Part shown: piece after piece, positions 10,599 through 17,548 of the stretch | How the letters are laid out: each line of letters begins with the position of its first letter | Position numbering within the stretch: the first letter of the stretch is position 1 | Assembly (NCBI GenBank): GCA_015058155.1 | Contig: SVCW01000006.1 | Coordinates: 14,408-78,407, forward strand | DNA: 64,000 bases | Direction: 5' to 3' | From: Clostridiales bacterium | Lineage (GTDB): Bacteria > Bacillota > Clostridia > Peptostreptococcales > Anaerovoracaceae | The notes under the pieces: model-generated | What the model saw: only the letters and a program-made list of their open reading frames with translations | Database searches by the model: none | What the model was told of the DNA's origin: nothing | Made by a program: the position numbers and the translations under genes

Positions 10599-11126
10599 TT
10601 AATCGATTCCGCAGAGTAATGCTTCCCTTTTGATCATTGTGATTCTGCTTTGAATTTCCCTTAGACCCGTATTCTGTCTTACACATGTTTTTATCATTTC
10701 AAGATATTCCGCTGCTTCTTTTGATATATACATATCCTGAATTTCATTAATCAAAGTGATGAGCTCTTCAGCCGGCTTTGTGTCCTTATCCGGTGGAAGA
10801 AAAATTAGTTTTACACTTCTGTTTCCCTTGCAGTAATATACTGTTTCTTTTCTCAGTGTAAATCTGTCCGGAAAAAGAAGGTTCATATGTGCCTTTCTGA
10901 ATATCGATACAATACCTTCTATACAGTCAAATATATCTCTTACTCCAATACATCCTTCATAATCTCCAAGAGATTTGTAGCCGCTGTAATCGTAAGTCAC
11001 TTCATATACATCATTATGATCAATAAAACTCATGGGAATAAGATACTCCGGCACATTATGAGATAATGAGACTACCTCATATTCTTTGATTCTTCCTTTT
11101 TCAATATCCAAAGTGAACCTGTTCAT
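10599..11126 (-). CDS. Hypothetical protein (175 aa, soluble), last gene of the tad cluster
   Basis: Start abuts the stop of the upstream TadE-like gene (translational coupling); no recognisable motifs, no TM helix. Confidence 0.45.
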   Translation of the reverse strand: MNRFTLDIEKGRIKEYEVVSLSHNVPEYLIPMSFIDHNDVYEVTYDYSGYKSLGDYEGCIGVRDIFDCIEGIVSIFRKAHMNLLFPDRFTLRKETVYYCKGNRSVKLIFLPPDKDTKPAEELITLINEIQDMYISKEAAEYLEMIKTCVRQNTGLREIQSRITMIKREALLCGID

Positions 11127-11870
11127 TCATATACCTCCACACTGCGTGCAAGCAGTATACCCGCTTTCACAAGCTTCTGATTTACTCATTTTTACAATAT
11201 ATTTTTCTATCGTTATACAATCAGACTTATGGTATACCTCGCCTTCAGTAAAGTAATAAACTATCCTTCCGTCTGCAATTTTTCCCGGATCACATGTCTC
11301 ACATTCACGATAGTTCTTTCTGATTCTGTCACTCATAATGCCTCTTACAGGATATGGTGTAACATGAGGACAATCTCTTCTGTGATATCTTTCTCCTCTT
11401 TTAGGCATGACATAAACGATGGTATCTGACTGAAAATCAAATCTGTATGGATTTATCGAATTATCCATGCCTGTCCACGCTCTGAAAAGATGATAATTAT
11501 TAACACTGTAATCACCCGTCATATTTCCCGGAAGTCCGGTATTACTTTTGATTCTTACATTGAAACTCATAAGACTGTCGTTTCCATCTATTCTGTACAT
11601 AGTAAAAAACTTGTTTACATTTATATCAGCCTCAGGAATTGACTCTGTTATTTCTTCTTCAAGATTATAAGGAAACATCGGATTTACAGGTAATACTGCT
11701 GATCTTGATGCAAGGAGGTTTGCTCTGTTACACGAAATGAACGCTGCTGTCTCCTGATAGTGAATATTTTTCATTGTAAATGCAATCGTTAAAACAGCGA
11801 TTACAAGTAATGGCAGAATTATACTTGCCTCAATAATGACCGAACCCCTTTTATTTTTTCTCCCCATCAT
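11127..11870 (-). CDS. TadE-like pseudopilin with Cys-rich C-terminal domain
   Basis: N-terminal TadE_N-like motif KRGSVIIEASIILPLLVIAVL; C-terminal ~85 aa contain 8 Cys (CPH…CETC…C…C…CTQC), zinc-ribbon-like. Confidence 0.6.
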   Translation of the reverse strand: MMGRKNKRGSVIIEASIILPLLVIAVLTIAFTMKNIHYQETAAFISCNRANLLASRSAVLPVNPMFPYNLEEEITESIPEADINVNKFFTMYRIDGNDSLMSFNVRIKSNTGLPGNMTGDYSVNNYHLFRAWTGMDNSINPYRFDFQSDTIVYVMPKRGERYHRRDCPHVTPYPVRGIMSDRIRKNYRECETCDPGKIADGRIVYYFTEGEVYHKSDCITIEKYIVKMSKSEACESGYTACTQCGGI

Positions 11871-11874
11871 ATAC

Positions 11875-13017
11875 TCAATAATTATGTGTAATCATTATCT
11901 CATCATCATCGAATTCTGCCAGTACAGAGAAACCTGTATAAAATTCACTGATTCTGAAAGTATCATAATAATAGTTATTTAAATTAACCTGTATGAGATC
12001 CATCATTCTTAGAAGCTTGATATCTCTATCCTCAAGAGTCAGGAAAATCATAAGATAATCATGATAATATAATGCATCTACACTCATTCCGCGCCTTACC
12101 ATATCCCATTCGTTTTCAGCATCTTCTGCCGCCCACGCAGCTATAATCAAGGCCTGTGTTGCAACTACTGCAGGTCCCGGTGTTAGTAGTTCTGCTTCTG
12201 CAAGAGCAGCCGAAACTTTTGCAGGATCTGCGTAAATCCTGGCAATATTAACCGGCGTCCTCAATGCAACGAAATATTTATGAACCCTGTCAAGATTTTC
12301 AATATCAGTACTACATCCGGAGATTATGTATTCAATTTCATACGAGAGAAATGATTCAGCTGTATTATCTGATCTCAGATGATTGAAATGCTCAAAAATA
12401 TACTGATTAACAAGAAACTTATCTCCTGTTTCAGCTATAAGCCCCTTAAGTCCTCCGCTTTTAATCTCAGGTATATCAATTTCAAATCCTTTTTCTTTGT
12501 TCATTGATGATGGTAGTTTACCGGTATCTATAACTCCGGTATTTTCAGGAATCATAATTGATGTAACTAATGAATCATCAGTATCTTCTGTCTGATTTTG
12601 TCTTTCAAAAACAGATACTTTATCATACATCGCTGCTTTTATAATCTGATCCTCAAAAGTATCAATGTTTGTAATTTCAAATCCTTCAGTATCTGCATCA
12701 AGCAAAGTTAAATCAAGTGAAAAAGCATTGTTTGAGTAAATATCCGTATGCTTTATATAAAACATCAGTTGTTTTTCTATATATTTATTACTTCCCCGGA
12801 ATGCAACTATTCCATAATCATTGAAGAGTCTTCTGTCATATTCAGAGAGTACAGACCTTGAAGAAAGATCAAGAATTGCTCGCCTGTAACTTTCTTCAGC
12901 TTCTTCCCTAGCATTAATGGAAAATACGATTACAGCGCTTAATAATCCGGCAAGTGCTATTGATAAAAAAACAGTTACAGCCCCGCGCTTGTCAGGCTTG
13001 AAATGGTGTGAACGCAT
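11875..13017 (-). CDS. TadG/TadE-like Flp pilus assembly protein (Tad_N family)
   Basis: N-terminus DKRGAVTVFLSIALAGLLSAVIVFSIN matches the TadE/G-like N-terminal signature; 380 aa; ATG verified at 13015-13017. Confidence 0.65.
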   Translation of the reverse strand: MRSHHFKPDKRGAVTVFLSIALAGLLSAVIVFSINAREEAEESYRRAILDLSSRSVLSEYDRRLFNDYGIVAFRGSNKYIEKQLMFYIKHTDIYSNNAFSLDLTLLDADTEGFEITNIDTFEDQIIKAAMYDKVSVFERQNQTEDTDDSLVTSIMIPENTGVIDTGKLPSSMNKEKGFEIDIPEIKSGGLKGLIAETGDKFLVNQYIFEHFNHLRSDNTAESFLSYEIEYIISGCSTDIENLDRVHKYFVALRTPVNIARIYADPAKVSAALAEAELLTPGPAVVATQALIIAAWAAEDAENEWDMVRRGMSVDALYYHDYLMIFLTLEDRDIKLLRMMDLIQVNLNNYYYDTFRISEFYTGFSVLAEFDDDEIMITHNY

Positions 13018-13403
13018 CTGAGATACTCTTCCTCATCAATGATATCTTTTGAAATGCTGCAATCTCCGGTTTTGTCTGTATTTACAATACCTCTTGATAT
13101 AACGGGGAATTCTGCATACCCTCTGACAATATCACTCACAATTGTATTCTCTCGATCAGTTACAACATAAGAATCCATGAGCCAGGCTTCGTCAAAAGTG
13201 TCATGTGAATCGTCACTATATGATACTGTGTTACTCATATTTCCTGCTTCATTCATAAGAGTCATATGAAGTCTTGTATTTACAATAACTTCGGAATATA
13301 GATTTATAGTTATGTACATGATTGTAAGAAGTGTAAAAATCATAATCGGATATATAACTGCAGCTTCGATCATCATACTTCCTTTTCTTTCCCTTAATTT
13401 CAT
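12975..13403 (-). CDS. TadE-like pseudopilin
   Basis: MKLRERKGSMMIEAAVIYPIMIFTLLTI (TadE_N motif); start moved to the MKLRE Met at ~13403, which lies just below the flp stop. Confidence 0.6.
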   Translation of the reverse strand: MKLRERKGSMMIEAAVIYPIMIFTLLTIMYITINLYSEVIVNTRLHMTLMNEAGNMSNTVSYSDDSHDTFDEAWLMDSYVVTDRENTIVSDIVRGYAEFPVISRGIVNTDKTGDCSISKDIIDEEEYLRCVHTISSLTSAGL

Positions 13404-13410
13404 GTCACAG

Positions 13411-13584
13411 TTAAATAAAACCGCCTCCGTTAAGTGTGTCAAAGACTGCATTTACAAAGTCTGTAATCTGTATTCTGAATATAATACCTACTGCAACACT
13501 GATTCCTATAAGGACTGCCACCTGAACAAGCTCCATCCCCTTTTTACTTGCTTTGATAATTCTTCTTTTCTTTCTTCTATACAT
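13411..13584 (-). CDS. flp: Flp-family type IVb prepilin (57 aa), not in ORF track
   Basis: Hand-found ORF: GGAGG RBS 6 nt before the ATG; MYRRKKRRIIKASKKG|MELVQVAVLIGISVAVGIIF... is a basic leader, a Gly cleavage site and a hydrophobic helix starting with Glu; sits between tadC and tadE as in Gram-positive tad loci. Confidence 0.55.
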   Translation of the reverse strand: MYRRKKRRIIKASKKGMELVQVAVLIGISVAVGIIFRIQITDFVNAVFDTLNGGGFI

Positions 13585-13596
13585 AAAATACCTCCT

Positions 13597-14136
13597 TTAG
13601 AAATACATAAGTGCAGGAGCCGCAGTTATCAGTATTAATGAAAGAAGCATAAGTGCCATAGGAAAAGTCAATTTGCTTTCTGCAATTCTTCCTCTTTCCT
13701 CAACCTGTTTCCTGCTCATCTGCCACATAAATGAAGCTTCTATATCAAGCTTTTTGACAAGCTCGCTTCCCTTATCGATATTATCGCTGAATATATTTGA
13801 AAGTCTCAGCAGTTCGCGCAATCCGATCCTTCTTGCGAAATTACGGAATTCATCTTCAAATGTACTGTTAACATTTTTCATTTTAATTGAAATATTTCTT
13901 AACTCTCTGCAGAGTACCGATTCGCTATCTTCTTCAGCTATTGTCTCTATTGCACTCCTCAGAACGAGTCCTGCATTTAATAAAAGAACGAGCTTGTTTG
14001 TAAATTCGGGAAGTTCCAGAAGTATCACTTTCTTTACTTCTTCCTCTTGTTTTTTTGCATTTTTCTTTTCTATTTCCTGCTTTAATCGCTTTATCATCCC
14101 AAATCTTAATATCTGTAATCCTGTCAGCCATAACAA
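13597..14136 (-). CDS. tadC: TadC-like type II secretion system F-domain protein (start uncertain; see finding on tadB overlap)
   Basis: T2SSF domain LLELPEFTNKLVLLLNAGLVLRSAIETIAEE plus a C-terminal TM; the ORF-track 'M' is TTG; first ATG (MIKRLKQ) is at ~14097; 5' end overlaps tadB. Confidence 0.7.
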   Translation of the reverse strand: MLWLTGLQILRFGMIKRLKQEIEKKNAKKQEEEVKKVILLELPEFTNKLVLLLNAGLVLRSAIETIAEEDSESVLCRELRNISIKMKNVNSTFEDEFRNFARRIGLRELLRLSNIFSDNIDKGSELVKKLDIEASFMWQMSRKQVEERGRIAESKLTFPMALMLLSLILITAAPALMYF

Positions 14137-14878
14137 AGCCTGAAAGTGTCATCAGAAGTGAAATCGTCATAACGATACGTCCCTGAAGCCCTTGATATAA
14201 CGGTAATAAATAGTCTGGTGCAATAATTCTTAAAAACAATACTATAAATACCGGCATGATCCCTATTACTCTTCCTTCAAAACGTTTCTGGGCAACATAC
14301 GATTCAATCTCCCTTACAATTGTCATCTTATCTATAAGATTTCCTGTTGTTATTTCTATAACACGTACTATGTCAGCTCCGGTAGTTTTTGAAATAATAT
14401 AAATCTCTGCAAATGATCTGATATCACTGATTCCGCTTCTCATTCCAAGCTCCAGAAGCATTTTTTCTTCACTATCGTTTGTTAGCTGAAACCGTCTTGT
14501 CATATTATCAAGTTCAATAATCATCGGAGAATCAATCTCATATAAAAGCGTCAGATTACTACGACCTTCCGTAAGCGCTTCTTCAAGATGCCTTCCTGCT
14601 CCGAAAGAAGAAGATAATGAATAAAGAAGATCTCTGAACTGAAGAGATAATAGATCCTTTCGTTTGCGACATTTATATTCTTTAAACAATTTGAAGGCAA
14701 AGACAATTACAGGAAGCGATGTCAGCATGACAACAGGAGTATTGTAATATAGATACTGAATTACAACTGACGAAAAGTATGATACAATAGCAACGTCGAG
14801 CTTCTCCTTTTTTGACATTTCATAAATGTTATAGTCTATCTCCGTCATATGAACATCCTGCCAGTTCAAGTTTTTCAT
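13934..14878 (-). CDS. tadB: TadB-like type II secretion system F-domain protein
   Basis: N-terminal TM segment, T2SSF domain (LLSLQFRDLLYSLSSSFGAGRHLEEAL), two C-terminal TMs; the last ~40 codons are K/R-rich low complexity read from the alternative frame of tadC. Confidence 0.75.
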   Translation of the reverse strand: MKNLNWQDVHMTEIDYNIYEMSKKEKLDVAIVSYFSSVVIQYLYYNTPVVMLTSLPVIVFAFKLFKEYKCRKRKDLLSLQFRDLLYSLSSSFGAGRHLEEALTEGRSNLTLLYEIDSPMIIELDNMTRRFQLTNDSEEKMLLELGMRSGISDIRSFAEIYIISKTTGADIVRVIEITTGNLIDKMTIVREIESYVAQKRFEGRVIGIMPVFIVLFLRIIAPDYLLPLYQGLQGRIVMTISLLMTLSGFVMADRITDIKIWDDKAIKAGNRKEKCKKTRGRSKESDTSGTSRIYKQARSFIKCRTRSEECNRDNS

Positions 14879-16079
14879 TATTGATCAGACTGTTTCCCGT
14901 AAAAACAAGTCCTTTGTTAATTTTATACTTAAATATAGTATTAATTATATAATTATTATTTTCAAAACCTTGAATTTCTGCGATTTCAAGGACTTTTCTG
15001 CCGACACCGTTAATTCGTCCGAGATGTACAATTAAATCGATTCCACGGGCAATCTGATGCCTTACAGAGTCACTCGGTACATCTCCGCTCTGCAAACACA
15101 TTGCTTCCATTCTCTCAAGCATGCCTTCTATTGAATTAGCATGCCCTGTTGACATACTGTAATGCCCCGTGTTCATAGCCTGAAGCATTGATATACATTC
15201 CTTTCCTCTGATTTCTCCTACAACAATCCAGTCAGGTCTCATACGAAGGCTGTTTCTTATAAGCATGTCCATACTTACTTCTCCTACCCCCTGTATGTTT
15301 GCATTTCTGCATTCCAGCCTTACAAGATTTTCAATTCCCCTGAGCTGAAGTTCTGCTGAGTCTTCTATTACGACAACTCTGTTACCTTTTGGTATGAATT
15401 CTGATAATACATTGAGAAATGTAGTCTTACCTGATGAAGTACCGCCGCTTACAAAAATGTTGTATCCTGCTCTTACAAGCATTTTCAAAAAATCAGCTGC
15501 CTCTTCGCTTATGGTTTTGTTTCCGACAAGACTATTCATATCAAGAGCTGCCCTGGGAAACTTTCTGATTGAAAGAACAGGCCCGTCAAGTGCTATATTT
15601 TTATAAACAGCATTAACACGGGCACCATTCGATAGCCTTGCATCGAGAATCGGACTTCTCTCGTTTACTTCACGATGCACTTTTGCTGCGATTCTCCTGA
15701 TTACTTCTTCAAGTGTTTCAACAGAATCAAATACTACATCTAATTTTTCAATACTTCCATTTCTTTCAATAAAAATATTGTCAAATCCGTTAACCATGAT
15801 TTCAGTTACCGTTTCATCATTTATATAAGGTGTCAGGATATCATACTCCGATCTTATTGAAAAGAATATTTCCTGAATCATCTGTCGTAGCTTTGCGATA
15901 GTAAGCATACTTACACTTTCACTCTCGAAAACTAATCTTTCAATCTCAGAAAAAGCAGATACATCATCTATGTCATACCCCTTAAGCATGATTTCTTTTC
16001 TTGCAATTTCCGTCAGCTCTTTTTTCAGAACAGCATATTCATTATTACTTTTTATTCTATTATTTACTTTATTTTCCAT
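14829..16079 (-). CDS. tadA: TadA/CpaF-family pilus assembly ATPase
   Basis: 416 aa; Walker A VSGGTSSGKTTFLN, VVIEDSAELQL, hexameric secretion-ATPase His box (MNTGHYSMSTGHANS). Confidence 0.9.
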   Translation of the reverse strand: MENKVNNRIKSNNEYAVLKKELTEIARKEIMLKGYDIDDVSAFSEIERLVFESESVSMLTIAKLRQMIQEIFFSIRSEYDILTPYINDETVTEIMVNGFDNIFIERNGSIEKLDVVFDSVETLEEVIRRIAAKVHREVNERSPILDARLSNGARVNAVYKNIALDGPVLSIRKFPRAALDMNSLVGNKTISEEAADFLKMLVRAGYNIFVSGGTSSGKTTFLNVLSEFIPKGNRVVVIEDSAELQLRGIENLVRLECRNANIQGVGEVSMDMLIRNSLRMRPDWIVVGEIRGKECISMLQAMNTGHYSMSTGHANSIEGMLERMEAMCLQSGDVPSDSVRHQIARGIDLIVHLGRINGVGRKVLEIAEIQGFENNNYIINTIFKYKINKGLVFTGNSLINNEKLELAGCSYDGDRL

Positions 16080-16146
16080 TTCATATATATAATAAAACAG
16101 CTGCAGAAAAAATGCAACCGTTTTATTGTAAAAATATGTAAATTTT

Positions 16147-16326
16147 TTAGAACAAAATAACTCCGCCTGATAAATCCATCATCTTAGGGTAACCTTCTAC
16201 TTCTGTTTTTCTCTTAAGAATATCAGTAAGTATTGTTCCTTTTCCGTCAAACTCTACTTTTGCAATGTTTTCGCAGAGTTTTACTCTTGACTCTTCTGTC
16301 TCTTTATAAACTATCGCAAGGCACAT
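16147..16326 (-). CDS. cooT: CooT-family putative nickel-binding protein (59 aa), not in ORF track
   Basis: Hand translation MCLAIVYKETEESRVKLCENIAKVEFDGKGTILTDILKRKTEVEGYPKMMDLSGGVILF: N-terminal Met-Cys2 and C-terminal DLSGGVIL resemble CooT (MCMAKVV…VDLRSGVISL); 10 nt downstream of the His-rich gene. Confidence 0.6.
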   Translation of the reverse strand: MCLAIVYKETEESRVKLCENIAKVEFDGKGTILTDILKRKTEVEGYPKMMDLSGGVILF

Positions 16327-16335
16327 AACTACACC

Positions 16336-16557
16336 TTATCCTTTCATTGCTTCAAGAGCTCTGGCAAACTCTGAAATGAGCTTTTCAGACAATGAAATAC
16401 ACTCATTCAGGCTTTCTGAAGTTCCATTCAGCCCGAGACTTTCAGCAGTTTCCTTAAGTTTTACGATTTCTTCAGTATGATGCTCAGTGTGATGTTTCAT
16501 GTGATGGATCAGTGCTTCAAGCTCCATTAATTTTTCGTTATTATCGCTGTTACACAT
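16336..16557 (-). CDS. Small His-rich protein (putative metal-binding)
   Basis: 73 aa starting MC; HHMKHHTEHHTEE cluster (7 His in 12 residues); strong AGGAG RBS 8 nt upstream; 18 nt downstream of cooC. Confidence 0.55.
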   Translation of the reverse strand: MCNSDNNEKLMELEALIHHMKHHTEHHTEEIVKLKETAESLGLNGTSESLNECISLSEKLISEFARALEAMKG

Positions 16558-16574
16558 AAATTTTCTCCTGTTTA

Positions 16575-17519
16575 TCAGATTGCATTATATTTCATTTCCG
16601 CTTCATCAAGCATGATTCTTACTATACTTTCAAACTTAGTCTTTGCGTCACATTCGGAAACTACCTCACCGAGTAAGCCTGCAACATTGATATCGTCATC
16701 AAGTCGCATCACTCCAAGATATTTTACTTCCTGTTCGAGAAGTCTTCCAATCATTACTTTTTCTATCTTGTCGCTTGTCACTTTATTCAGAATGGCTCTT
16801 ATTCTTGATATTCCAAGTCCTTCAGCCATATACTTGATTGTTCCTGCCATACCGATTGATTCAAATGAAGGCTCAACAACTGTGATGACTGTATCAACGT
16901 ATAATTCAAGGCCTCTTCCGAAACTTTCGACACCGGCTTCATTATCGATTATGACAATCTGTCTGTCATCAACTTCTATTTTTGACAGGAGAAGTTTCAG
17001 AAGATCAGATGCAGAACATGCACATCCCTGCATAGCATCTTCAATCTTACCTGCCATCATGAAGCTTAGTCTGTTATTTGTAGTAATGAAAGTTTCAGGT
17101 ATATCTTCAAGTTTTATGCTGTCCTGATCAAGCCATGATGAATCTTCAGCAACACCGTCATTGAATCTGTCGATGAAACTCAGAAGCGGTTTAGGTAAAT
17201 TATCAATACCAAGCTTTCTGTGAAGTCCCGAATTGGATTCATCTGTATCAATTACAAGAACTTCATATCCCATATCTCTAAGAGCAATTGCCATCATTGC
17301 CGCAACAGTACTTTTGCCGGCTCCGCCTTTACCGCATACTGCAATTTTTTTAATTACATATCTTGAAAGGCGCTTACTTACATTGCTCCTGAGATAGGCT
17401 CTTACGATATCAGCAGCCTTTTTCTGTTCTTCTCTTGTAAGAGCAGTACACATACCGCATGAAATGCACTCTTCAGTTCCTTTTGAAGATGCTCCTACGG
17501 GACAGTGAAAGAAACTCAT
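16575..17519 (-). CDS. cooC: CooC/AcsF-family Ni-insertion ATPase (MinD/ParA superfamily) with N-terminal 4-Cys extension
   Basis: Deviant Walker A AVCGKGGAGKST, VLVIDTDESNSGL, CxC motif GCACSASD, IIDNEAGVESFGRG…VVEP, all diagnostic of CooC; plus a ~55-aa N-terminal extension carrying C6, C18, C21, C24 (CxxCxxC). Confidence 0.85.
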   Translation of the reverse strand: MSFFHCPVGASSKGTEECISCGMCTALTREEQKKAADIVRAYLRSNVSKRLSRYVIKKIAVCGKGGAGKSTVAAMMAIALRDMGYEVLVIDTDESNSGLHRKLGIDNLPKPLLSFIDRFNDGVAEDSSWLDQDSIKLEDIPETFITTNNRLSFMMAGKIEDAMQGCACSASDLLKLLLSKIEVDDRQIVIIDNEAGVESFGRGLELYVDTVITVVEPSFESIGMAGTIKYMAEGLGISRIRAILNKVTSDKIEKVMIGRLLEQEVKYLGVMRLDDDINVAGLLGEVVSECDAKTKFESIVRIMLDEAEMKYNAI

Positions 17520-17548
17520 ATCAATTCCTCCGTATCTCTATGGAATTA

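Noticed and set aside
13597-14136. Treating the ORF-track 'M' of tadC (and of hemW, pdp) as ATG
   Set aside because: Checking the DNA shows these track starts are TTG or GTG. More likely ATG starts with RBSs were chosen where available.
13673-14143. 156-aa plus-strand ORF, Ser/Leu-rich
   Set aside because: Antisense to tadC and tadB. Low-complexity composition. Spurious.
16612-17127. 171-aa plus-strand ORF
   Set aside because: Antisense to cooC, whose frame has strong family motifs.
16575-17519. Considered calling the MinD-family ATPase upstream of tadA as TadZ/CpaE
   Set aside because: It carries the CooC-specific CxC motif (GCACSASD), an intact Lys-containing P-loop and EAGVESFGRG…VVEP. 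It is adjacent to a CooT-like gene. TadZ proteins instead have an N-terminal receiver-like domain and a deviant Walker A.
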